Assembly: GCA_964596925.1 (NCBI GenBank) | Contig: CAZQWQ010000046.1 | Span: 11,037 to 75,036 of the forward strand | Direction: 5' to 3' | DNA: 64,000 nt | Origin: an uncultured Gemmatimonadaceae bacterium | Lineage (GTDB): Bacteria; Gemmatimonadota; Gemmatimonadetes; Gemmatimonadales; GWC2-71-9 | Part shown: one piece after another, positions 27,035 to 37,382 of the stretch | How the letters are laid out: every line of letters begins with the position of its first letter | Numbering within the stretch: the first letter of the stretch is position 1 | Translations under genes and position numbers: made by a program | The notes under the pieces: model-generated | Seen by the model: the letters and a program-made list of their open reading frames with translations, nothing else | What the model was told of the DNA's origin: nothing | Database searches by the model: none

Positions 27035-28924
27035 ATGACCGCCGGGCAGCCCGCTCCGAACGGCAAGTATCTGGCGACGCTGTCCATCGCGGCGCTGGGG
27101 GTCGTGTACGGCGACATCGGAACCAGCCCGCTGTACGCGCTACGCACGGCGTTCCACGGCGCCCACGCGATAGCCCTGACACCCACAAGCGTGCTAGGCG
27201 TTCTGTCGCTGATCCTGTGGGCGCTGGTGGTGATCATCTCGGTGAAGTACGTCGTGTTTGTGATGAGCGCCGACAACAAGGGCGAGGGCGGCATACTGGC
27301 CCTGATGGCGTTGGTCCAGCGCGGCCGCATGGCCCGCGGGCTGAACCCGCTCCGCATCATCATCCTGCTCGGCATCTTCGGGGCGGCGTTGATGTATGGC
27401 GACAGTGTGATCACACCGGCCATCTCCGTGTTGAGCGCCGTTGAGGGCCTGCAGATCGCCACGCCAGCCTTGGCTCACTGGGTCATCCCCCTCACGCTCC
27501 TGATCCTGTTCGCTCTGTTTCTGTTTCAGAGCCGCGGGACACGAAGTGTCGGCACCGTGTTCGGGCCGGTGATGGTCCTGTGGTTCCTCACGCTGGGCGT
27601 CCTCGGCGCCGCCCACATCGTCGCTCGGCCCGAGGTCCTTGCGGCGGTCAGCCCGCACTACGGCATCCGCTTCGTGTTCGAGAATGGCCGCGCCGGGTTC
27701 TTGGTGCTCGGCGCGGTATTCCTCGCTGTGACCGGCGGGGAGGCGCTGTACGCAGACATGGGACACTTCGGGGTCCGGCCCATCCGGATCGCGTGGTACA
27801 CGCTCGTTCTACCCGGCCTGCTGCTCAATTATTTCGGGCAAGGGGCCCTGTTGCTCGGCAACCCGGCGGCGGCCGCCAACCCGTTCTACTACCTGGCCCC
27901 GGACTGGGCGCTCTATCCGCTCATCATCCTTGCTTCGGCAGCGGCGGTCATCGCATCGCAGGCCGTGATCTCGGGCGCGTTCTCGCTCACGCGGCAGGCA
28001 GTCCAGCTTGGGTACTGCCCCCGGATGCAAGTCGAGCATACTTCATCCTTGGAGATCGGGCAGATCTACATCCCCACCGTCAATTGGGCACTCTGCCTCG
28101 TCACCTTTGCGCTGGTGCTCGGGTTTCAGAATTCGACCAACATGGCCGCGGCCTACGGCGTGGCCGTTTCGAGCGAGATGGTCATCACCAGCCTCCTCTT
28201 CTATATCCTCGCACGTGAGGTCTGGGGCTGGAGTCTGGCCCGGGCGGGACTCCTCGTCGCGTTCTTTCTCGTGCTGGACCTTGCATTCTTTGGTGCCAAT
28301 GCGCTGAAAATTCCCCAGGGTGGCTGGCTGCCCTTGGCGCTCGCGGCAGGGGTCTACCTGTTGATGGCTACCTGGAAACGCGGGCGGGAGATCCTTTCGA
28401 AACGGCTTCAGGAGAAGTCGGTGCCGCTCAACCTGCTGATGGCGGACCTTGCGGCGGAACCACCGCTCCGCGTGCCCGGAACGGCGGTGTTCATGTCCGG
28501 CAACCCCGGCCGGACGCCGCCGGCGCTGGTGCACAACCTCGCCCACAACAAAGTGCTGCACGAAAAGGTCGTGTTTCTGACGGTCGTGACCGAGGAGGTG
28601 CCGCACGTGGCCGCCAGCGAACGCGTAGCGGTGAAGGCCCTCGGGAAGGGATTCCACAGCGTCGGCGCACGCTACGGGTTCATGGAGGACCCGAGTATCC
28701 AGGACATTCTCGAGCGGTGTCTTGAGAAGCGCCTCGCGATTAGCCTCGAGGCGTCGACATTCTTCCTGGGCCGTGAGGTTCTGGTCTCCACGGAACGGCC
28801 CGGCATGGCCCGCTGGCGCGAGCGCCTGTTCGCGTTCATGTCGCGGAACGCGCTGCCGGCGACCGCCTTTTTCCAGATCCCGTCGTCGCAGGTGTTCGAG
28901 GTGGGCGTACAGGTCGAGCTGTAG
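27035..28924 (+). CDS. kup: KUP/HAK/KT potassium transporter
   Basis: LGVVYGDIGTSPLY, DNKGEGG, TGGEALYADMGHFG, MAAAYG. Confidence 0.97.
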   Translation: MTAGQPAPNGKYLATLSIAALGVVYGDIGTSPLYALRTAFHGAHAIALTPTSVLGVLSLILWALVVIISVKYVVFVMSADNKGEGGILALMALVQRGRMARGLNPLRIIILLGIFGAALMYGDSVITPAISVLSAVEGLQIATPALAHWVIPLTLLILFALFLFQSRGTRSVGTVFGPVMVLWFLTLGVLGAAHIVARPEVLAAVSPHYGIRFVFENGRAGFLVLGAVFLAVTGGEALYADMGHFGVRPIRIAWYTLVLPGLLLNYFGQGALLLGNPAAAANPFYYLAPDWALYPLIILASAAAVIASQAVISGAFSLTRQAVQLGYCPRMQVEHTSSLEIGQIYIPTVNWALCLVTFALVLGFQNSTNMAAAYGVAVSSEMVITSLLFYILAREVWGWSLARAGLLVAFFLVLDLAFFGANALKIPQGGWLPLALAAGVYLLMATWKRGREILSKRLQEKSVPLNLLMADLAAEPPLRVPGTAVFMSGNPGRTPPALVHNLAHNKVLHEKVVFLTVVTEEVPHVAASERVAVKALGKGFHSVGARYGFMEDPSIQDILERCLEKRLAISLEASTFFLGREVLVSTERPGMARWRERLFAFMSRNALPATAFFQIPSSQVFEVGVQVEL

Positions 28925-28936
28925 GGCCGCCTGGCG

Positions 28937-29899
28937 CTATGCGGCGGCGTCCATGCCCTCGTGCGCGCCGTTCTCCTTCGCCGCCATCAGCCCGCGGACC
29001 CCCGACCACCCGACCATCGCTACTGCCAGGCCGAGGATGGGCAATACCTGGATGGCCTGCAGCGCGAGTCCGGCGGCGACGGCTCGCTCGGCCGGCACCC
29101 CGAACGGAAGCAACGCGCCGACCATCGCCGCCTGCACGACGCCCAGGTTGCCGGGGGTGAGTCGGCCGAAGCCGCCGAGGTTCACCGCCAGCAAGGCGGT
29201 CAGCGACCCCCCGACCGGAAGGTCGAGTCCGCCGGCCCGCAACACCATGTCGTACGTCGCCCACTGCACGACCCAGTTCGCCAGCCCGAACAGCACCGGG
29301 ACCGCCAGCCGCGTCCCGATACTCATTTGGGCGATCGTCGCCACCGATCCTCGCAGGACGCGCGGCAGACGGACGATGACCCGTGCCCAACGCCGGAACC
29401 GCGACAAGGCGAATACGGTGAGGAGCGCCGCGCCGGCGGCGAGCTGTAAGCCACGCAGCGGCGGCGGGAGCCGGAGCAGGAAGGGAGCGAGCACCAGGAA
29501 GAGCGCGAGCCCAATCGCCTCCACGACGCGGGTCCAGGCGACCGACAGCACCGCCGCCCGCAGCGGCACCCCGTCGCGCCGGACGAGCAGCGACACGCGG
29601 GCGGCATCGCCGGTGACGCCCACGCTGATCGAGTTCACGGCCGTCCCCACGTACGTCGCCTCCTGGGCCGAACGCCAGCGGTGCGGCGCGATCGGCTGGA
29701 GCAGTAGATGCCACGCCCACCCTTTGGCCAGCGGCGAGAGGAGGTTCAGGGCGAGCGCAGCGAGCAACGGAGGGAGATGCATCGCGAAGAGCGCGGCGAT
29801 GGTCTCGGGCCACGGGAACCGGATAAGCAGACGCGTCGCCGCGACGAGCCCGGCGAGAATCACCAGTCCCCACAGCCAGCGCTTCGCGCTGCGTGTCAT
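28937..29899 (-). CDS. Lysylphosphatidylglycerol synthase TM region (UPF0104/flippase-like) protein
   Basis: Multi-TM; GDAARV and LTPGNLGV motifs. Confidence 0.8.
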   Translation of the reverse strand: MTRSAKRWLWGLVILAGLVAATRLLIRFPWPETIAALFAMHLPPLLAALALNLLSPLAKGWAWHLLLQPIAPHRWRSAQEATYVGTAVNSISVGVTGDAARVSLLVRRDGVPLRAAVLSVAWTRVVEAIGLALFLVLAPFLLRLPPPLRGLQLAAGAALLTVFALSRFRRWARVIVRLPRVLRGSVATIAQMSIGTRLAVPVLFGLANWVVQWATYDMVLRAGGLDLPVGGSLTALLAVNLGGFGRLTPGNLGVVQAAMVGALLPFGVPAERAVAAGLALQAIQVLPILGLAVAMVGWSGVRGLMAAKENGAHEGMDAAA

Positions 29900-30021
29900 G
29901 TCGAATGTGTCGCGATGGGCGCCTCCTCATTCCCGCTCGGATCCGACCCGGTACGAGCCGAGGCGGCCGCCGATGGGTGGATTCTGGTTGCGGCGTACCG
30001 CCGCCCCGTCCACATTGAAGA

Positions 30022-30375
30022 ATGCGACCGAAACTCCATGTCCCGCCAGGGCGGTATGCCGCCCTGACTAAGGGACTCGTCGACCCTGTGCTGGACACGC
30101 CCGGCCACACGCCAAGCGCGCTCCGACGCGCCGCCCTGGCGCGAGCGGCGAGGCCGGGCGGGCCTGCGGACGGGCTACCCGCCCAGCTCGCGGGCTACGT
30201 CGATAAGGTCGCCCTGCATGCCTACCGGGTCACCGACGACGACCTCGCCGCGCTGCTGCGCGTCGACAGCTCTGAAGACGCAGTCTTCGAGATTACAGTT
30301 TCCGCGGCGCTCGGCGCCGCGCTGGCCCGGCTCGATCGCGGGCTGGCCGCCCTGCGGGGCGAGGGGTCGGCCTGA
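30022..30375 (+). CDS. AhpD-like helical protein without redox cysteines (partner of the selenoprotein)
   Basis: YVDKVALHAYRVTDDDLAALL...EDAVFEITVSAALGAA resembles the AhpD/CMD C-terminal helices; 1-nt overlap with the next gene; start uncertain. Confidence 0.7.
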   Translation: MRPKLHVPPGRYAALTKGLVDPVLDTPGHTPSALRRAALARAARPGGPADGLPAQLAGYVDKVALHAYRVTDDDLAALLRVDSSEDAVFEITVSAALGAALARLDRGLAALRGEGSA

Positions 30376-30962
30376 TGCGCCTCCGGACGGTCGAACACGG
30401 CCACCGACTGGTAGAGCGGCTCAAGATCTTCCTCATCGGCCTGATCGGCCGGCGCCGCGTCCCCGACGTCGTGAAGACGCTGCTCTATCGGCCGGAATTC
30501 TTCGGCCGCCCGATGTGCGCCTGGACCCAGGCCGTGATGCGCGGGCCATCGCCCTGGAGTGTGGGCGAGCGGGAGCTGTTCGCCGCGTTCACGTCGCGCT
30601 TGAACCAATGCGTGTTTTGAACGGGTGCTCACGGCGCGGTCGCGTCGCTGGCCCTGAACGATGACAGACTGGTCGACGCGGTGCTGGCCGATTGGCGCAC
30701 CGCGCCGATCGACACCAGACTGCGGGCGACCCTCGGCTTCCTGGAGAAGCTCACGCTCGCCCCGGCCGACGTGCGCCCCGCCGATATGGAGCCGCTCCGC
30801 GCCGCCGGCGTGAGCGACGAGGGTGTAGAGGACGCGATCCAGGTGTGCGTGCTGTTCAACATCTATGACCGGATCGCCGATTCACTCGGCTTCCACCTCC
30901 CGGAATCGGATGGGTATGCCGCGTCGGGCCGCTCGCTCATGAAGCGTGGGTATTTGCTCTAG
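30375..30962 (+). CDS. AhpD/carboxymuconolactone decarboxylase-like peroxidase, selenoprotein (CxxU; 195 aa)
   Basis: ORFs 30375..30620 and 30681..30962 share a frame and join through TGA 30618-30620: ERELFAAFTSRLNQCVF-U-TGAH, with His at the conserved position after the motif. Confidence 0.88.
30618..30654 (+). promoter_or_regulatory. Bacterial SECIS element
   Basis: 17 nt after UGA: stem GGCGC (30633-37), loop GGUC (30638-41), GCGUC (30642-46); same apical GGUC as the E. coli fdhF SECIS. Confidence 0.8.
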
Positions 30963-30977
30963 TAGCGCGCTACCCAG

Positions 30978-33572
30978 CTACGGTCGCGCTCTCGGAGCAA
31001 GCTGAGCGAGGAGCCGACCATCCAATTGCCGATACAGCTCGTGCATGTGGGTTGAGAGGCTTGCGCTGTCCAGGCTGGGCAGCCTGCCGACCTGAGCTTC
31101 AAAGACCTGGCATCTGGATGTTTGGGCGACCGCCAGGGCGAGTCCTCTCTTGGTGTCGCCTTCCCCGGGACGGTTCTGGACGGAAGGAGTCGGGCGCGCC
31201 AGCGTCACCGCCGCGCGGAAGAGCACAGCGGCGCGCTCCGGTTGGGCACGCTTCCAGGCCACGTAGCCCTTGAGGAAGTGCGCTTCCACGCTGCGACTGT
31301 GGGACCCAATCACGGCATCGAAGTGGGAGATGGCGTCGGTCAGGTTGCCCCGCATCAGCGCAATCTGGCCCAGGTGAAGCAGCGGTCCCGTCTCCTCCCG
31401 ATTGAGTTGCAGGGCTCGGCGAAACTCGCCCTCGGCCCTGGCGAGATCTCGCGGGGCGCCGGGATCCGCGCAGGCGTAGAGGTCCCCCAGTCGCGAGTGG
31501 GCCCGTGAGCTACCAGGGTTGACCTGGACCAGGCGGTCCCAGGCCAACCGAGCCTCGTCGTAGTGGCCCAGTTCGAGCTCCATGTTCCCGAGGTAGTAGA
31601 GAGCATCTTCGTGCCGCGGGTTCAGCTCCAGGGCCCGGCGGTACGCGTCCCGTGCGGCACCAATCCTCCCGGCAATGCGGTGACCGGTCGCCCCGCGATA
31701 GATCTCCCAAAACTCGCGAATCCCGGCCCGAGCGCCCATCGTGTCACGACCCGCATCGAGTGCGGCATCGTCCAGCTGGGACTCTCCTTCCGCCACGTTC
31801 AGGGTCTGGTTGGACGCCACGCCGGTCCATACCTGGCGGATGCCACTGGGCCATGTGACCACGAGGCTGTCGACCTGGGGCGTAGTGCCCAGGCCGAAGT
31901 GCTCGGTCAGATCGTTCTGCGAGAGATACGACGCCTGGGCTCCGACCTCTCGAACCTGCGTCGTGAGCCCCGCCACGACGCGGAGCTTCGCTCCGATCGC
32001 GGTGCGGTTGCTGCGGCGCCCTTCCAGCTTGACCTTGAGCCAGTGGGCGCGGTTCCCCCCATCGTTCCGGAGCAGGACCGCAGGGCCACCGTGGTTCACC
32101 ACGACGACGTCGAGATCCCCGTCCTTATCGTAATCGGCAAAGGCGGCGCCCCGCCCCACGTACGGCTGGTGGAAGTACGCGCCGCTGGCAGCTGACGCGT
32201 CGTAAAAACCGTCGTCGACACCCCGGTTCCAGAAGAGCTGAGCGGTCTCAGGGGCCAGAAGGTGAGGTGCGTCGCGTCGCTGGAAGGTGTGCCCGTTGGC
32301 GACGAAGATGTCGAGCTTGCCGTCGTTGTCGTAGTCGAAGAAGAACGTGCCCCACCCCACGAAATCCAGCGTTATCTGGCCCAGCCCGTAGCGATCCGCC
32401 TCGTCCTTGAAGTCCACCGCCGGACCGGAATGGGTGCCGGGGGATCGATGCCCGAGGTTGGTGTACAGCGCGTTCTCCTGGGCAATCCAGTGGGTGATGT
32501 ACATGTCCAGGTCCTGATCGTTATCCCAGTCTCCCACAGCCAACCCCATCGCGCTCCGGTAATCCGCGACGTGGGCGATGTGACTGATATCTTCGAACGT
32601 GCCGTTCCCCAGGTTCCTGAACAGTTGGTTGTCGGTGACGTCGTTCGCCACGTACAGGTCGGGCCAACCGTCCTCGTCGAAATCGGCCCACGCCGCCTCC
32701 AGGCTCTTCCCTTGATCGCCCAGGACGCCGGCCCGGGCGGCAACCTCAGTGAACGTGCCATCCTGGTTATTGTGGTACAGCAGGTTGCGCTCCGGCGGAA
32801 ACGCGTTGGGATTGATGCTCGCAGGGTTCTCCACATCGTATTGCGCTGCGGCCGTCGGCTCAGAGGGGCGGGAATACTTGACGTAACCGGTCACGTACAG
32901 ATCGAGAAACCCATCCCGGTCGTAATCGGCCCAGGCCACGCCCGACCAGAACCCCCGTCGTCCCCCGATGCCAGCCCTTCGGGTGCGATCGCTGAAGGTG
33001 CCATCGCCGTTGTTGTGGTAAAGAACGTTCTCACCGTACGTGGAGACGACCAGGTCGAGCCACCCGTCGTTGTCGTAGTCTGCCCACTCCGCGCCCAACC
33101 CCCAGACGCGCAGATCGACGCCGGCTTCCACGCTGATATCGGTGAACGTCCCGTCCCGGTTGTTGCGGTACAGCGCACACCGCGCCGGGGACCGGCGCAC
33201 CTCTTCGGGGGTCAGGGTGATAGGGCCAACCACGTTGACGAGGAACAGGTCCGGCCAGCCGTCGTTGTTGTAATCTCCCCATGCCGCACCGGAGCCCATG
33301 TCCTCCGGGATCTGAGATGACCGCTGCCCCCAGTAGTGGTGGAATTGGATCCCGGCTTCACGGCTCACGTCGACGAACGTGACTCGGGGATAGTCCGGCG
33401 GCAGGGAGCGCGACAATTCTGAGGTAAGCCCTTCGACCTGCTCACCGGGCCGGTACGCCGGCTCGGGTTTCCCGGTGAGAAGCACGATCGCTCCGGCGAC
33501 CGCGACGAAGCCCAGGACCAGCATTGCCGTGAGGACGAGCCGGCGTTGCCGGCGAGAGAGGCCACCGCGCAC
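30978..33572 (-). CDS. FG-GAP/ASPIC-UnbV (CRTAC1-like) protein with C-terminal TPRs (864 aa)
   Basis: N-terminal TM; repeated DYNNDGWPDLF-type motifs; SNRTAIGAK and YLSQN...HFGLG (ASPIC/UnbV); TPRs. Confidence 0.88.
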   Translation of the reverse strand: MRGGLSRRQRRLVLTAMLVLGFVAVAGAIVLLTGKPEPAYRPGEQVEGLTSELSRSLPPDYPRVTFVDVSREAGIQFHHYWGQRSSQIPEDMGSGAAWGDYNNDGWPDLFLVNVVGPITLTPEEVRRSPARCALYRNNRDGTFTDISVEAGVDLRVWGLGAEWADYDNDGWLDLVVSTYGENVLYHNNGDGTFSDRTRRAGIGGRRGFWSGVAWADYDRDGFLDLYVTGYVKYSRPSEPTAAAQYDVENPASINPNAFPPERNLLYHNNQDGTFTEVAARAGVLGDQGKSLEAAWADFDEDGWPDLYVANDVTDNQLFRNLGNGTFEDISHIAHVADYRSAMGLAVGDWDNDQDLDMYITHWIAQENALYTNLGHRSPGTHSGPAVDFKDEADRYGLGQITLDFVGWGTFFFDYDNDGKLDIFVANGHTFQRRDAPHLLAPETAQLFWNRGVDDGFYDASAASGAYFHQPYVGRGAAFADYDKDGDLDVVVVNHGGPAVLLRNDGGNRAHWLKVKLEGRRSNRTAIGAKLRVVAGLTTQVREVGAQASYLSQNDLTEHFGLGTTPQVDSLVVTWPSGIRQVWTGVASNQTLNVAEGESQLDDAALDAGRDTMGARAGIREFWEIYRGATGHRIAGRIGAARDAYRRALELNPRHEDALYYLGNMELELGHYDEARLAWDRLVQVNPGSSRAHSRLGDLYACADPGAPRDLARAEGEFRRALQLNREETGPLLHLGQIALMRGNLTDAISHFDAVIGSHSRSVEAHFLKGYVAWKRAQPERAAVLFRAAVTLARPTPSVQNRPGEGDTKRGLALAVAQTSRCQVFEAQVGRLPSLDSASLSTHMHELYRQLDGRLLAQLAPRARP

Positions 33573-33577
33573 GAGTC

Positions 33578-35662
33578 CTACGGCCCGTGGCTCGGCACCA
33601 CCTCGATGCTCTTCGTGTCCTCCGAGATGACCGTCACGGTGGCGGTGACGCCCGCCGACTCGCCGAAGAGATAGTTCAGCAGGAATTGGTCGATCTTGCG
33701 GTACAACAGCCTCGCCGTAACGTCCAGTCTCGCCACTCGCCCGGGCGCGTGGAATCCGAAGGTCTCCCGACCGGGTTGGTGGGACGGCATACCCGGTTGT
33801 CGCACCAGGTTCACCGGAGTGTGGAACCCGAAGGAGGTTCGGTCCGACTGACCGGGGAACAGCATCCGCCGGTACCGCACGCCCACCATCTCCCAGAGGT
33901 TATGGCGGTCGATCAGTTTGCCGTATTGGTCCACCGGCTCGGCCTTGAAGATGAACGAGCCGGGCTGGATGAAATGCTTCGCATCCCTCACCCCCGATGC
34001 GAACACCACGTTGCCGTCCTGGTCTTTGACCACGACTTCGAGCCACGACTGGATGATGTCCAGCGGTCCGGTGGGAAAGTCGTGGCCGACCTTGTTGTTG
34101 GTGATCTCCACTTCGAGGCGAATCTCCTCGCCCAGTCGGGCCTGCGCCGGTGCCACCAGCTCGATGGGAACCGCCGGTCCGGTGCGCCATTTGTCGGCGA
34201 TCTCGGGGACGTCGATCCTGCCCTGAAGCCACCGTTCGGTGAGGGCCACCTGGTCCTGGGCACCGCGCAGGTGCAGCGCCACCGGCATGAACTGGTTGGA
34301 CGCGAGGAACCGATGGCTGCGGTGCTTCCCGTCACTGGACGACCGGTTGTAATCGAGGTTGTCGCCTCGTGCCGGGTCGTCCGAGTCCTGGAGCATCATA
34401 TGGCACTCGCGACATTCGATCGTCTTGCGAGGGTTGGTGGAATCGTTCCAACGGCTCTTGCGCCAGTTGTCGTACTGGTTTTGCAACTGCACCCAGCCGA
34501 CCTGGTTGATTTCTTCGTCGATGAACTGCTTGTGGCACGCGGCGCAGAACTGCGGACTCTTGAAGAGCCGGTGCTGCAGTGATTGCACGTGATGCCTGGG
34601 GTAGGCCTTGATCAGGAAATCCCGCACCAACCGGGCGCCGCCGCCCTCACTCAGCTCGAACATGTACCGCCGCGGCTGCGTGATGACGTAACTCGCATTG
34701 CCCTTGACGTCGGTCTCCGTGATGGAGTGACAGACGATGCAGGAAACCCCTTCGTCACGTCCGATGGGGTTGGTCAGGTCGTCACGGTACAGGTTCTTGG
34801 TGCCCGCGAACAGCGATATCGGATCGTGGCAGCCGGCGCAGTAGCGGGTCGACTCGGGCCCGTTCTGCTCTCCCATGGTGGTCTGGATGGCGCGAAACCC
34901 GAGATCCAGGGCCGCGTAGCGGTGCGCACTCACGGACCATTCCTGGTAGATCTGCTCGTGACACCCCGCTGAGCCGCACGACTTGGAGCCGCCCATGGAG
35001 CTGGCATCGAAGGCCTGCCCCGTGCTGGTGCGGGCCAAGCTCGGCGCAAACGGGCGGTCGGGACCGTAGACGTAGCTGTAGTCTTCCGGGAGCCGGTTCA
35101 CCAAGGGGACAGGGCGGTAGGCGTACACCCCGAGCACTACCATGGCCCCGAGCGCGGCCGTAACGTACAGCGTATTCAGACCCAGCCGCCGTTGTGCCCC
35201 ACGTAGCTCCAGCGCTTCAGGCGTCTGGCCCCGCCGGGCGTAGTAGACCAGGGACAAAACATGCGGCAGCACCGACGCGACCAGCGCGAACGTGGCGATG
35301 ATGTGCACGAGATCCCAGCCGTAGCTGATCCGACTCTTCAAGAGAGCCTCAGCCGAGAGCACGAGCCCCGAAACGGAAAGCGCGATCGCGGCGACCATCG
35401 CGAGGTAGCCGGTGAGCTGAATGTGCGTCAGCTGCCGCTTGCGGTACGCCAACCAGTGACGGATCTGGTACCACGCGTAGGGAACCACGAACAGCAGGCC
35501 GATCCCGGTGTGAAGCAAGACCGACACCTGGATTGGGACGCTGAAGGGGAGCAGGTAGATGGCAAGACCGGTCAGCGTTTCGAAGACCAGCAACCCGGAG
35601 ACGCAGATCAACAACCGGCGCTGCCACTCCGAAATTTGCGGACGAAGATCGACTGAACTCAC
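33578..35662 (-). CDS. Membrane-anchored multiheme c-type cytochrome (c554-like) with His-bearing N-terminal TM domain (694 aa)
   Basis: GTG 35662 with RBS AGGAAGG; about 5 TM helices; CAGCH, CIVCH, CAACH, CRECH plus CGSAGCH. Confidence 0.85.
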   Translation of the reverse strand: MSSVDLRPQISEWQRRLLICVSGLLVFETLTGLAIYLLPFSVPIQVSVLLHTGIGLLFVVPYAWYQIRHWLAYRKRQLTHIQLTGYLAMVAAIALSVSGLVLSAEALLKSRISYGWDLVHIIATFALVASVLPHVLSLVYYARRGQTPEALELRGAQRRLGLNTLYVTAALGAMVVLGVYAYRPVPLVNRLPEDYSYVYGPDRPFAPSLARTSTGQAFDASSMGGSKSCGSAGCHEQIYQEWSVSAHRYAALDLGFRAIQTTMGEQNGPESTRYCAGCHDPISLFAGTKNLYRDDLTNPIGRDEGVSCIVCHSITETDVKGNASYVITQPRRYMFELSEGGGARLVRDFLIKAYPRHHVQSLQHRLFKSPQFCAACHKQFIDEEINQVGWVQLQNQYDNWRKSRWNDSTNPRKTIECRECHMMLQDSDDPARGDNLDYNRSSSDGKHRSHRFLASNQFMPVALHLRGAQDQVALTERWLQGRIDVPEIADKWRTGPAVPIELVAPAQARLGEEIRLEVEITNNKVGHDFPTGPLDIIQSWLEVVVKDQDGNVVFASGVRDAKHFIQPGSFIFKAEPVDQYGKLIDRHNLWEMVGVRYRRMLFPGQSDRTSFGFHTPVNLVRQPGMPSHQPGRETFGFHAPGRVARLDVTARLLYRKIDQFLLNYLFGESAGVTATVTVISEDTKSIEVVPSHGP

Positions 35663-35795
35663 GATGCCCCCTTCCTGGCCGCAGCTGCTGTGACGGTGAC
35701 GGGTCATACTAGCTCGGCGAATGTTCCTCCGTCCAGAAGTCGCGAAGGGACGGGGCATAATGAATCTGGCATGTGGAAATCATGAAGCGACGCTC

Positions 35796-37382
35796 ATGCG
35801 ACGCATAATGGTCGTGGCGCTCGGCGCCGCGCTGCTCACATCCATCGGCACGGTTGCCGCCGCCGCGCAGGATTGGAAGCGCGGCGCGGTGTGTTACGAA
35901 ATCTTCGTTCGCTCGTTCTCCGACAGCGACGGCGACGGGGTCGGCGACCTGAACGGGCTCATCCAGAAGCCGACTACGTCGAGGGCCTGGGCGCTCGCTG
36001 CATCTGGCTCATGCCGGTGGCCGAATCGCCGAGCTATCACGGCTACGATGTGGCGGACTATTACCGCATTGACCGGGAGTACGGCAGCAACGAGGACTTC
36101 CGTCGGCTGGTGGCCGAAGCGCACCGGCGCGGCATCCGCGTGCTGGTCGACCTGGTGCTGAACCACGCCTCGAGCGAGCACCCGTTCTTCCAGGCTGCGC
36201 TCCAGGATTCGAGCTCTCCCTACCGCCACTGGTTCCGCTGGTCCGCCACGAAACCGCCGACGACCGGTCCCTGGGGCCAGGTGATCTGGCACCATTCCCC
36301 GGTGCGCGACGAGTACTACTACGGGATCTTCTGGCATTGGGATGCCGGATCTGAACTACGAGACCGAGGCCGTCCGTGAGGAAGCGAAGCAGGTCGCCAG
36401 CTTCTGGCTCGAGGACATGGGAGCGGACGGGTTCCGTCTGGATGCGGTCCCCTACCTCGTAGAGGAGGGTGAGCGGGTAGCGAACACCCCCGGCACCCAC
36501 GCCTTCCTGCGGGAGTTCGCCGCTCACCTCCACCGCACGGCGCCCGGGACGTTCACCGTCGGCGAAGTATGGGACAGTGTGGGCTCGATGCTTCCTTACT
36601 ACCCGGACCAACTCGATGCCCATTTCGCATTCGAGCTCTCGGACGCCATCCTGGAAGCCGTGAGGACGAGCTCGGCCAGGAAACTCTACGTCGGGTATTT
36701 ACGACTCCAGGACACGTTGCCCGCCGAGCGCTGGGCGCCGTTTCTCAGGAACCACGATCAGACTCGCACGCTCACGGCATTGGGCGGGGATGTCGCCCGC
36801 GCGAAGGTCGCCGCAGCCCTCCTCCTCACACTCCCGGGCCTGCCGTTCGTCTACTACGGCGAGGAGATCGGGATGACTGGCGACAAGCCGGACGAGCGGC
36901 TGCGGACGCCGATGCACTGGAACCGCGGCCAGGCGGCGGGTTTCACCCGCGGGACGCCGTGGGAATCCCTCCAGCCGGACTCGTTCACCGCAAACGTCGA
37001 GGCGGAGGCGGCCGATCCCCGCTCGCTGCTCAACCTCTACCGCCGGTTGATCCACCTGCGGGCGGCGAACTCCGCGCTCGGCTCGGGTGTCCTGGTGCCG
37101 CTCGTGGCCAGCAACGACGCCGTGGCAGCCTATCTACGGCGCGCGGGCGATCGCGTGGTGCTGGTGGTGGCCAACCTCGGCAGGACGGCGCTCTCGGGCG
37201 TGACCCTATCCTCAGGCGGGCCCGTGCTGCCGGCGGGGCGGTATGCGGCGACCAACCTGCTCGCCGGTCCGGGTGCCGCGCCGCTACGGATCGGGTCGGA
37301 CGGGCGGATCCGGGCTTACCTCCCCCTCCGCGCGCTCGGGTCGAGGGAGAGCTATCTCTTCGAACTCTCCGGCAGGAGATAA
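35796..37382 (+). pseudogene. Secreted GH13 alpha-amylase family gene interrupted by two frameshifts (or two sequencing indels)
   Basis: Three overlapping ORFs join into one GH13: [19 protein letters not shown] / IWLMP...YHGYDV / MPDLNY, GFRLDA, VGEVW, FLRNHD. A base is missing at 35970-71 (AAG C-C GAC, expected K-L-D) and there is an extra T at 36338. Confidence 0.85.
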
